From Thainema sp. (GTDB lineage: Bacteria; Cyanobacteriota; Cyanobacteriia; Phormidesmidales; Phormidesmidaceae), in assembly GCA_052168235.1 (NCBI GenBank), contig JBQLZK010000017.1, positions 1 through 64,000 of the forward strand: DNA of 64,000 nucleotides, written 5' to 3'. A program made the translations under genes and the position numbers. The notes under the pieces are model-generated. The model had not been told where the DNA came from. It did not search any database and saw only the letters and a program-made list of their open reading frames with translations. Shown here piece by piece: positions 39,976 to 49,182 of this stretch; position 1 is the first letter of the stretch, and each line of letters starts with the position of its first letter.

Positions 39976-41556
39976 TTAGTGCTCTAGCTCTCGTTGGTCG
40001 TCAAAAAGGGTGATGTCAACGTAATTCAGTCGGGCGGCGGGGCTGAGGGAAGACAGCACTTGCTGACCATAGCTGCGGTGGTTGACGCGATTGTCTAGCA
40101 GCGCAACGACGCCTTGAGACCGACGGATGGGTGCGATCGCACGTTGTAGTTCACTCAGCGCATCCGGTAGCAAATAGAGGCGGAACCAGTCCTGCCGCTG
40201 TTTTTTGTAATAGGCGACTCGTCCGGCCACCAGAGGATGCTCCAGAGACGGTAGCGGCAATGTGGCAATAATTAGCAGCGATGGCGTCGGCAGCACGCCC
40301 TGATGCTGTCGCCAGAATTCCCAGCCAGAAACCAGAATGCCGTTATCGTCCAAGCCTGTCCGCTCCACCTTGACCCGTGAGCCAAATTCGGCAGCGAGGC
40401 TCGTCCCCACGCGGGTTTTCAGCGGCATATCGCCAACCAGGACAACGGTGGTGCCCTGCACATCCGCCGTGATGTGTAAAAGGCTGCGAATTTCGCTCAT
40501 CAGGGCCGACTGAAACTGCGGCTGATTAGGCATTGGCATCCGATCGGGAATGTAGAGCTGAATTAGATCGTGCTGGCGCTGGGGTAAAAACTTGAGACAG
40601 GTCATGTCGCCGAGGCCTAGCCGCTGGCGATAGGTCGGGGCATCACTCTCCAAATCCAAGGCTCCACCGATCAGAACAACAGGCTGCTGTTCCCAAATGG
40701 GGGCTAGCTTCGTGGAAACATCGGCAAAGTCGCAGTGCAGCGTGAACTGACCGTGCAGACGCGAAATTTCCGTCCAAGCAAACGCATTGGTGCTGCGGAA
40801 CATCTGCCAAAACCGCTGCCAGGGCGCAGGCATTCGGTCATCGGGCAACGGATCGGGGGTGAGCGCCGCCATGCTCTGGTGCTGGATCTGGCTTGATGCA
40901 GATAACAAACGCCGCAGGTCGTGCAGCGTCTTCTGTTCCGGCTGATCTAGAACGTGGCAGTTGTAGGGATTTTCGGGGTGCTGAAAAATGATCCGCGTGA
41001 GCTGGATGCGGGCGTCTCGAATCGCATCTTGATGCTCCGGATAGGCCAGCATCAGCAAATCCCAGTCCTGTGGTTGGATTTGCACATTTAGCGCGGCCCG
41101 TCCCCAGGTTTCCAGATCGTCCACATTGTCAAACACAGTTGGAATGTTGGGTGGAAACTTGCCCTGGTTGTAAATGCGATCGCACAACCAAGCCTGGGGC
41201 GAAGTTAACAGCACACCAGCAAAGTGATCACCGGGCCAGGAATCACCCACATGAATCGGCTTTGGGGTAGCAATCCACTGGCGCAGCCGGGGAATTTCCA
41301 CCTGAATCAATCGCTGCTGGAGATCTTCGGGCACGACCAGAATCACGGCATCCGGCCAAATCAACAGCGGCATCAAATAGCTCAATCGATAGCGACCGTA
41401 GTAGCCAGCCGGAGGCCCCGCTTGAATCAAAGCGCTGCGGCCCACCCGTAACGCCCGCGCCACCAGCCGCGCCATCGTCAAATGGTGCGGCCATTGAGCC
41501 TCTCCCTGCTCTCGCAAAAAGGCTCGAAGTTGTTGATGTACCTCAGCTTCGATCAC
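39976..41556 (-). CDS. DinG/Rad3-related helicase-like protein (degenerate motor motifs)
   Basis: WPHHLTMARLVARALR N-terminus; C-terminal TLP.P..EHP, LQRAIAP.R, VALLD.R...RSYG; probable GTG start at 41556. Confidence 0.82.
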   Translation of the reverse strand: MIEAEVHQQLRAFLREQGEAQWPHHLTMARLVARALRVGRSALIQAGPPAGYYGRYRLSYLMPLLIWPDAVILVVPEDLQQRLIQVEIPRLRQWIATPKPIHVGDSWPGDHFAGVLLTSPQAWLCDRIYNQGKFPPNIPTVFDNVDDLETWGRAALNVQIQPQDWDLLMLAYPEHQDAIRDARIQLTRIIFQHPENPYNCHVLDQPEQKTLHDLRRLLSASSQIQHQSMAALTPDPLPDDRMPAPWQRFWQMFRSTNAFAWTEISRLHGQFTLHCDFADVSTKLAPIWEQQPVVLIGGALDLESDAPTYRQRLGLGDMTCLKFLPQRQHDLIQLYIPDRMPMPNQPQFQSALMSEIRSLLHITADVQGTTVVLVGDMPLKTRVGTSLAAEFGSRVKVERTGLDDNGILVSGWEFWRQHQGVLPTPSLLIIATLPLPSLEHPLVAGRVAYYKKQRQDWFRLYLLPDALSELQRAIAPIRRSQGVVALLDNRVNHRSYGQQVLSSLSPAARLNYVDITLFDDQRELEH

Positions 41557-41989
41557 AGGCGTCCGTATCAGCTCAACTTGATCAGTAACTGTACTAAACC
41601 TAAAAAACAAAGACCAGGGGGGTGATCCTCCGGGACGTTCCCCCGGCCTTAATTTAAGTTGGTTTATGCCAGTTTACTTATTGAAATCCGTCAAAGACCT
41701 GCAATCCTTCTGGAAAAGGCGCGATGGCCAGCTTTCCCAAAAGGATTAAGGTTGCTACTCATCTTCAATCTGACATGGTACTCATTGTGACACATCGCTC
41801 TCAGTTGTCCTGTGACCGGAGTGTCAGAAAAGCGATTTATCGCGGTAAACCGTTAGGTTGCTGCAATTCCATTAACTACTGCACGTAGGCTGGAACAGAA
41901 TGAAAACTGGTTAGAAAATCATGTCGTCTGTGGGCAAGCTTGACTAAAATAAGGGGCACTCAATTTTCGTCTTGTCCCCCTGATATCCC

Positions 41990-44053
41990 ATGAATAAGCG
42001 CGTTCGGTTTTCACGTTCACTCGGCTGGCTCGGTACTGCGATCTCAACCACTGTCCTCGTCCAGCCCACGGTTATCCATGCCCAACCGTCACCGGGAACC
42101 GTTACACCCGATCAGACAGTAGAATGCGAAATCCTAATTGTGGGCGGTGGCTTGGCCGGATCAGCCGCAGCCTATGAGAGTTTGCTGAAGGGGCGCACCG
42201 TTTGCATGACCGAGCTGACGGACTGGATGGGTGGCCAGATTTCATCTCAGGGGACGTCGGCACTGGACGAAGCTCAGCGCCAGCGGGCGCTACTGTTCTA
42301 TCCCCGTGGCTATAACGAACTGCGGGCACGAATTGAGGACTACTATGGCGAACTCGATCCGGGCGGCTGCTGGGTGAGTGCTACCTGTTTCCTCCCTCGC
42401 GATGCGGCGGAGATTATTCGTGAACAGCTTGAAGAGGCCGAAGATGAGGGCGATGGCGAACTGAAGTGGTTCCCCAGCACGGTGATAAAGGATTTAGAAC
42501 TGAGTGCGGATGGACGGCTGATCGAATCTGCGATCGCAATTCAGCATCAGCCTGCACCGGGTGCGCCGCCGCTCAATACCGAACCTCTGTCGGCGGTGAT
42601 TGAAGATATTTACCAGTATCAGGATTCTGATCGCTTCACCAAGACTATTATTCGCTTCACGTCACCGACGCTTGCTCCCGAGGAAGCGGCGGAACCTCGC
42701 GTAGCGGATTGGTACGTAATTGAAGCCACGGAAACGGGCGAAATCATTGCGCTGGCCGATGTGCCCTATCGACTCGGCCTCGATCCGCGTTCCTATCTCA
42801 ATCCGTCATCCCCTGTCACCGAGCAAGATCCCTACTGCACCCAAGGCTTTACCTACACGTTTGCAATGGAGCGGACGGAAGAACCGCAGCCGCAGCCAGA
42901 ACCGTCCTTCTATGACCAGTATCAGCCCTACTACAGCTACGAGCGCCCACGGGAAACCAACGATTACTTTGACTACGTGTTTACTTATCGCCGGATTGCC
43001 ACACCCGATCCCGACCCGGAGGAGCGGATGTTTGGCGTGGTCGCAACCAGTCCTGGCGATATTTCGATGCAGAACTGGACGTGGGGCAACGACTACCGAC
43101 CCGGTACAGCCGAAGACAATCTGGTCTACAGCCGCGATCAGCTACAGGCAACGGGGCAACTGGAACCCGGTGGCTGGATGGGTGGTCTACGCCCGGAAAC
43201 GCTGCGACGCGGCGAGGAAAATGCCTATGGCTACTACTACTGGCTGGTTGAGGGCACAACGGATTCGCAACTGGGCGACGGCGTGAAAGAGCCAAATCCC
43301 AATCACATTTTCCTCTCTGGCTTTGACGCGCCAATGGGCACCGCGCACGGTCTGTCGAAGTATCCCTATATGCGCGAGGGACGGCGGATTATTGGTCGTC
43401 CGTCCTATGTGTTCCCGTCGGGGTTTGCGGTGAATGAAATTGACATCTCGCGCCAGGATTTCAACAGCGACTACTATCGCAATACGCTGTCGGAAGACAC
43501 CTATCGCTCGCTGCGACTGGCGCTAGCGGGACTACAAACTACACGAGCGATTGAACAGTCGGTGCCAACGGGTGATATTCCAATTCGGACGCGATCGCGG
43601 ATCTATCCCGATGCGGTGGGCATTGCTCAATATGCGATCGATTTCCATCCCTGTATGGAGTTTTCGCCACCGGAAGCCCCTGGCAATATTGAACGGACGG
43701 GCGTTCGGCAGGCGCATGGACAGGCGTATCCGGGTCAAATTCCGCTGCGGGCAATGATTCCGCAGGAGATTGATAACCTAATTGTGGCCAGCAAGAGTAT
43801 CGCCACCAGTACGATTGCAGCGGCAGCCTATCGGGTGCATTCGTTTGAGTGGTCAGTCGGTGCAGCAGCGGGAACTACGGTGGATTATGCGCTGGAGCAA
43901 AATGTGTATCCCTATGAGCTGGTGGATGAGCTACCTCGACAAGAGCCAATGCTGGAAGAGTTGCAGCAGCGCTTAGAAGCCAATGGAAATCCCACTGCAT
44001 TCCCCAACACGTCGATTTTCAACGAAGACTGGGCAGAATGGAGAGTTTGGTAG
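41990..44053 (+). CDS. exported FAD-dependent oxidoreductase
   Basis: signal peptide, LIVGGGLAG Rossmann motif, GGQ.SSQG, PY.REGRR, IPLRA.IP, YRVH. Confidence 0.88.
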   Translation: MNKRVRFSRSLGWLGTAISTTVLVQPTVIHAQPSPGTVTPDQTVECEILIVGGGLAGSAAAYESLLKGRTVCMTELTDWMGGQISSQGTSALDEAQRQRALLFYPRGYNELRARIEDYYGELDPGGCWVSATCFLPRDAAEIIREQLEEAEDEGDGELKWFPSTVIKDLELSADGRLIESAIAIQHQPAPGAPPLNTEPLSAVIEDIYQYQDSDRFTKTIIRFTSPTLAPEEAAEPRVADWYVIEATETGEIIALADVPYRLGLDPRSYLNPSSPVTEQDPYCTQGFTYTFAMERTEEPQPQPEPSFYDQYQPYYSYERPRETNDYFDYVFTYRRIATPDPDPEERMFGVVATSPGDISMQNWTWGNDYRPGTAEDNLVYSRDQLQATGQLEPGGWMGGLRPETLRRGEENAYGYYYWLVEGTTDSQLGDGVKEPNPNHIFLSGFDAPMGTAHGLSKYPYMREGRRIIGRPSYVFPSGFAVNEIDISRQDFNSDYYRNTLSEDTYRSLRLALAGLQTTRAIEQSVPTGDIPIRTRSRIYPDAVGIAQYAIDFHPCMEFSPPEAPGNIERTGVRQAHGQAYPGQIPLRAMIPQEIDNLIVASKSIATSTIAAAAYRVHSFEWSVGAAAGTTVDYALEQNVYPYELVDELPRQEPMLEELQQRLEANGNPTAFPNTSIFNEDWAEWRVW

Positions 44054-44229
44054 CTAAGGGGCCATTTCAAGCTACAACATATTCCGTAAATTAGGGCAAA
44101 CAATATCACTCTCAAGCCGAGAATACCCTAGACCTACTAGCGTATTTGATTAAATCTAAGCGTTATACAAATAATAATGATGGGTACACTAAAAGGCATA
44201 CGAATTATCAAGCAGGGTATGCCAGTTAT

Positions 44230-46047
44230 ATGTCTAAAAAGCCCGACTCTTCATCAAATAAAAAGAGATTCCAAATCCCTAAGCTCAAGAATGGGCTTGT
44301 CATAAAAAGTAAAGGTGCTGTCAAGTTCTTTACCACAAGCTTTGGTGCGACCATTGCATTTCCCTTTATGATTTTCAACGGCCTAACAACCATAGCTGGG
44401 GCAAAATTAATCTTGCCAATAGCAATTGGTTATCCTATTGGGCTGCTACTTTCAGCGACTTATATTATTATAGTTTCTTCTGTACGGGTCAGGGATGAAT
44501 ACCCTTTAAGAAGAATTATTTTGATTTGCATATTCGGTGTTGGTAGCACCTACACCAGTTTCTTTTCTATTTATAATCAAATGTCTGGAGGGCAGCTAGA
44601 ATATCAGTCTGCTGAGAGAACAGTCACTGCCCACAATCGATTTATTGATGATGTTCGTACAACTCTCAATCGACAAATTAATCAAATAGAGTCAGCAGAT
44701 AGCCAATTAGCAGAAGTTAACTATTTAAAGCTGGAACTCAGTGAAATAACACAACAACGAGCAGAGTTTGAGCGTTCGGGTCAGAAGGATTCTGCTGGAG
44801 AGCTTGCCGGAAGAATAATTGATATCAAAGCAAGGCTTGAAATGCTTCGCGAAATCGAAAATTCTTATAGGTACAAATTGTATCAAAGCTTGTTAAGACT
44901 GAGACGTGAAAATGAGTCTCTTTTAGTAAATAGTTTGAGCACGCAATCATTTATTGAATCTAACTCAAGCCCATCCCAAATCTTTGCCGAAGATGAAAGT
45001 CTCTATAAAGATGTACTTATCACTTTAGATGAGGTTAACAAGGAAATTTCTATCAATTTAGGGGAAGATTATCTAAAGCCAAATTATGATAACTATATAA
45101 AAACCCCAATCTTCTTAGTTCCAATTGAAGCAGCAACTGAAGGTGGCAGACAGCTAAGTTTTATCTTCTTTGCCGTGATGATAGCGATCATCATGGAGAT
45201 TATACCTATTGCTATAAGCGGAATTCATTTATCTTCGGAAGACGAGTCTAAAAAGTGGACAGAAGATAATTTAGATTCCGATCAAGCTGAGTTAGAGGAG
45301 AAGCCCATTACTGAAAGAGACAAAGGCTCTGACCAAATTAAACAGTATAAGACTACTATTAATCAAATTTCTAGTGTGGTTAGCTCATTTGTTTACGATT
45401 TCAAAAAAGCGTGGCTAGAAATTTACAATTCTATTACTCAAGGTGTTGGGACAACAGATAATGTCCGGAACATGTATGCGTATAAGTTACTTAGGGCGAT
45501 GTTGTCTGTTAGGTTGAATCCGAATGAAAGATACAAATTTTTAATTCTTTTTTATGCAAGTATTGATCGTAGTAACAGAGAAATATCTTTAATAAAGTTT
45601 CCTCATGGTGAAGACTTATATCGTGATCAAGATTCTAGATTCAGAATAGCAGCTTCTTTAATGCTAGATATCATGCAAGATAAAAGAATTGGATGGCTTA
45701 AGAAGAATGGTTCAGATAAATATGTAAAAAGCGATGACTCGAAATATGATATTCCAGTAGAAGAACCTTCTTTGTTTGATGTGCCTGTAGTAGATATACT
45801 AAAAGCTTTTGTGGCAGAGAAAAGTTTATCAGAGCATCATGGATCTACAGATATGGATCTTAAAGAAAAGAATGAGATCCCAGAAATGCCCAAGTGGAAA
45901 TTCACAGATGAAACTGCTTATCAAGATTTTTTGGATTGGTGGTTTGACATGCAATGTGGGCCAAAAAGTGTTGAACAAAATTCCGAACGACTTCATGCTC
46001 AATTAGAGCTTGAAATAAATCATGCTGTTGAAAATCATTATGGCTAA
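44230..46047 (+). CDS. AT-rich hypothetical membrane/coiled-coil protein
   Basis: long ORF with about 3 N-terminal TM helices, a coiled-coil-like segment, a further TM helix and a soluble C-domain; atypical base composition. Confidence 0.75.
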   Translation: MSKKPDSSSNKKRFQIPKLKNGLVIKSKGAVKFFTTSFGATIAFPFMIFNGLTTIAGAKLILPIAIGYPIGLLLSATYIIIVSSVRVRDEYPLRRIILICIFGVGSTYTSFFSIYNQMSGGQLEYQSAERTVTAHNRFIDDVRTTLNRQINQIESADSQLAEVNYLKLELSEITQQRAEFERSGQKDSAGELAGRIIDIKARLEMLREIENSYRYKLYQSLLRLRRENESLLVNSLSTQSFIESNSSPSQIFAEDESLYKDVLITLDEVNKEISINLGEDYLKPNYDNYIKTPIFLVPIEAATEGGRQLSFIFFAVMIAIIMEIIPIAISGIHLSSEDESKKWTEDNLDSDQAELEEKPITERDKGSDQIKQYKTTINQISSVVSSFVYDFKKAWLEIYNSITQGVGTTDNVRNMYAYKLLRAMLSVRLNPNERYKFLILFYASIDRSNREISLIKFPHGEDLYRDQDSRFRIAASLMLDIMQDKRIGWLKKNGSDKYVKSDDSKYDIPVEEPSLFDVPVVDILKAFVAEKSLSEHHGSTDMDLKEKNEIPEMPKWKFTDETAYQDFLDWWFDMQCGPKSVEQNSERLHAQLELEINHAVENHYG

Positions 46048-46132
46048 GTACTGTTAGGGCTAACATGTCTTTTACTGGAGTTTTCTTTGCTTACAATCAA
46101 AGCAAGCGCTGCCATCTGTTGAGGTCTGTCCT

Positions 46133-46444
46133 GTGAGTATTAGCTTGGATTTACCCGAAGAACTCGAAACCGAGCTATCCCAAGAAGCCGCTCGGCTCAA
46201 CATGCCCTTAGCAGAATATATTTTACGCATCCTCACCGTTCGACCTCCATTGCAAAATCCGCCGAAAAATGGAGCAGAGCTTGTCGCCTACTGGGAAAAG
46301 GTCGGTGTGATTGGCTCCCGTCCGGATATTGAGATTGCTAAAGATAACCCCTGGCAACCCTTATTCGAGAGCTTAGATCAGTTCTCTGATGATTTTATGG
46401 TGACCAGAGAACAGCCACCGCTGGATATTCGAGAGGCTTTCTAG
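46133..46444 (+). CDS. antitoxin-like protein with a VapB-type C-terminus
   Basis: abuts the PIN toxin gene; C-terminus KDNPW..LFESLDQFSDDFM..REQP resembles VapB. Confidence 0.7.
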   Translation: MSISLDLPEELETELSQEAARLNMPLAEYILRILTVRPPLQNPPKNGAELVAYWEKVGVIGSRPDIEIAKDNPWQPLFESLDQFSDDFMVTREQPPLDIREAF

Positions 46445-46846
46445 ATGCAGTATTTGCTTGACACTAATATCTGCATTTACCTGATCAAGCAAAAACCTCT
46501 CAAAGTACTAGCACACTTCCAAAGTCTTGTACCTTCAGATGTTGGCGTTTTCTCAATTACCGTAGCGGAATTAGAATATGGCGTTTGCAAAAGCCAACAG
46601 CAAGAGAAAAACCGTAATGCTCTGATGCAGTTTTTAATTCCCCTCGAAATTGTTGAGTTTGATCAATCTGCTGCAACCATTTACGGCTTTATTAGAAGTG
46701 ATCTCGAAAGTAGAGGTTTAGTCATTGGTTCAATGGATATGCTGATAGCAGCTCACGCCTTGAGCCTTGGCGTTACACTTGTCAGCAATAACATTCGAGA
46801 ATTTTCGCGTATCGCCAATCTGACCTTAGAAAACTGGGCAGCATGA
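46445..46846 (+). CDS. vapC: type II toxin, PIN-domain ribonuclease
   Basis: YLLDTNICIY, IT.AEL.YG, IG.MD.LIAAHA, LV.NN.REF.R. Confidence 0.93.
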   Translation: MQYLLDTNICIYLIKQKPLKVLAHFQSLVPSDVGVFSITVAELEYGVCKSQQQEKNRNALMQFLIPLEIVEFDQSAATIYGFIRSDLESRGLVIGSMDMLIAAHALSLGVTLVSNNIREFSRIANLTLENWAA

Positions 46847-47089
46847 CATGCTGAATACTTTGCTCTGTGATGAATGAAGTGCGATCGCAATTCGCAGATA
46901 ACGCTTTAACAGATTGATGGGATGGAAAGGGCAATCAGGAAGAGCGCGATCGCACTGTCCCCTCACGCGACAGGACTGATTGAAAACTGCGATCGCACTT
47001 GCAAATTTTGAACAGCGAATGTGAGATCTCTTATCTCACCAGGATCGGGAACTCTAAAAGCAACAATGTAGTTTGGAGTGGGAAGCGAC

Positions 47090-47644
47090 ATGCCTGATAT
47101 CAGCTTGGATATTGTAGAGTGGGTCGCAGCTAGTCAACTCCTCATCATTGTCATTTTTGGTTTTTTCTACAGCACGTTTGTTTGGTTAAGACATCGTAAT
47201 TCTCCATATCTTCGCCTTTTTAAACAAGGCGATTATATTTCGGGCATTATTGATGATCCCAATGTCATATTCGAATCACCTCCGAAGTGGTTCCGATTTG
47301 TTATTGTCCAATATGAAACTGATGGTCAAGTTAGCAGTGAATCTTTTTACACGATTCTTGGTGATGTGATAGAAATCAAGTTTTCAGAAGGACAGTACTC
47401 CGGTATGGAGGGATATCCATATTCAAACACTGTTTTTGTAGTGGTGGGAATAACTAGTGTAGGTCTGATCTTTCTTTCCAGTTTTTTGACTTCACCAGGT
47501 TTAGCACCATTAGTAGGAGATCAAAGCGTGATAGCACAACAATTAGCTCAAGTAGGAAGAGTGCTATTTTTCTCTGTCTTTCTTTCAGCACCAATCAAGA
47601 TGATCTTTGATTTTGCGAACTATGCAAATTTTTCGATAAAATAG
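47090..47644 (+). CDS. hypothetical membrane protein
   Basis: AT-rich ORF with three hydrophobic segments. Confidence 0.6.
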   Translation: MPDISLDIVEWVAASQLLIIVIFGFFYSTFVWLRHRNSPYLRLFKQGDYISGIIDDPNVIFESPPKWFRFVIVQYETDGQVSSESFYTILGDVIEIKFSEGQYSGMEGYPYSNTVFVVVGITSVGLIFLSSFLTSPGLAPLVGDQSVIAQQLAQVGRVLFFSVFLSAPIKMIFDFANYANFSIK

Positions 47645-47725
47645 TAAGATTTTAATTAGTATTTGTGTGCGATTTTCGATTTTTGGCATAAACTCTCCTA
47701 TGTAAAGCTTGAATCGCGTTTAATC

Positions 47726-48223
47726 ATGAAAGGTGAAGTTCTAATCGCGTTTGGCAAAGCAAGATTTTTGGGTAAAGAAGTTGATGATAAAGACCTACCT
47801 AATCAAGCTACAACGATTGAGGTAAGGTCTAATTTCAACGGACTCACCAGTGATGCTTGGAGATGGCCTACTAATCCTAAGATGGAATTTGCGGATCACC
47901 TAGGCAATCAACCTGAAGGGATATATAGAGTCTTTGGCAAAAGATTGTATCAAAATATTTGCCGTGAATACTTATGCGATTTAATTTTAGGCACCAAACT
48001 TAAAAACGTTTGGTTTTTCCCGAATGAGTTTAAGGACGCTCCGCTATTTGAGCTATTTTATTGTTCTAATGTGGGTCAATGGATTGGTTCTAGAGTAAGC
48101 AGAAAGCTACTTCAGGATATACATATATATGCACCAGTAATTGATGATGATTTGCAATACTTGCAGAAAGTTTTTACCGTAGGTGCAGACTCAGGATTTA
48201 TTTATCTGTCTGATGAGCATTAA
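47726..48223 (+). CDS. hypothetical protein
   Basis: AT-rich ORF, ATG at 47726. Confidence 0.6.
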   Translation: MKGEVLIAFGKARFLGKEVDDKDLPNQATTIEVRSNFNGLTSDAWRWPTNPKMEFADHLGNQPEGIYRVFGKRLYQNICREYLCDLILGTKLKNVWFFPNEFKDAPLFELFYCSNVGQWIGSRVSRKLLQDIHIYAPVIDDDLQYLQKVFTVGADSGFIYLSDEH

Positions 48224-48294
48224 CACAAGATTCAACTATCTTTTGAACGTAAGTCTATTGAGGCTAAAGATATTGAAATTCTATTGTCAAAATT

Positions 48295-48864
48295 CTATCG
48301 TCTTAGCAGTCGTCTTATTGCGATCGCAACATCTGGAAAAGCTAAAGGACAAATTTCATCATCAATCAAAGTGCACTTTTCTCGATAGTTATCATCACTT
48401 GGATCTCGAAAAACCACGAGTTCCATTCGCTTTAGATTAATTACCCAATACTCCAAAATGCCTGCTTGAGCATAGATTTTAGGTTTAACTTCTAGATCTT
48501 TTGCAAGGCTAGAATGTGAATATTCAACCAGCCAAAAAATATTTTCAGGATAGGGATGATGCTCCAGATAGACATCTCCTAAATCGTGAACCACGGCAAT
48601 ATCCGGTTCCGGTTCCGATTGATTGGGCAGAGTAATTGGCTTACTTTCGCGAACTTTGGCCCGACCGTGCAATAACTCACGAAAATAATCAGCCGCATCG
48701 CTGCTTAAATGAGCGTGGGGTTCGCCTTCGGGGGACATTTCAACAATTTCTCCATTCAGCAACTCCACATGGCGATCATCCAAGATACCCGCCTTGATCA
48801 TTTGATGATAGTCATCAAGCGACCATTTGCTGACAACAATGGCTGAGGAATTGGGTCGATTCAT
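48295..48864 (-). CDS. Uma2-family putative endonuclease
   Basis: YH.M...GIL..VELLNGEI..MSP, SEPEPD, LVE...SSL..D...K..IYA.AGI.EYWVINL. Confidence 0.92.
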   Translation of the reverse strand: MNRPNSSAIVVSKWSLDDYHQMIKAGILDDRHVELLNGEIVEMSPEGEPHAHLSSDAADYFRELLHGRAKVRESKPITLPNQSEPEPDIAVVHDLGDVYLEHHPYPENIFWLVEYSHSSLAKDLEVKPKIYAQAGILEYWVINLKRMELVVFRDPSDDNYREKCTLIDDEICPLAFPDVAIAIRRLLRR

Positions 48865-49182
48865 CAGAAATTCCTCTACTGCACGAATGATTTGACTCTA
48901 TTCTAAAAAGTTTTGGCTAACCCCAGCATCGGGAATTGTGATAGTTGGCCAAATGAGGAGGTGAGGAAGTGCAATAGAGTGCGATCGCACTTTCTTATAC
49001 ATTCCCGCTTGTCAGACAAAGGATTTTCGCGAAAGATTAGCTACAGAACACAGATCGCTAATATGGTTTTATTGTCAGGTTAGGGGCACAAGCCATCCGT
49101 AGCCCAGAGCATACGCCGCTGGTGCCGTGGCTGCCGTAGACTGTTTTCTGTTGGAACTAGGGAATAACGAGAGAGAACTGCC

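Noticed and set aside
44054..44230. A patX (RGSGR) gene downstream of the FAD-dependent oxidoreductase, a linkage I recall from other filamentous cyanobacteria
   Set aside because: No RGSGR-encoding small ORF was found here or at the far end of the island
43600..46880. Absence of HIP1 as proof of horizontal transfer
   Set aside because: A similar gap of about 3 kb spans glgX, so the gap alone is not diagnostic; base composition is the better evidence
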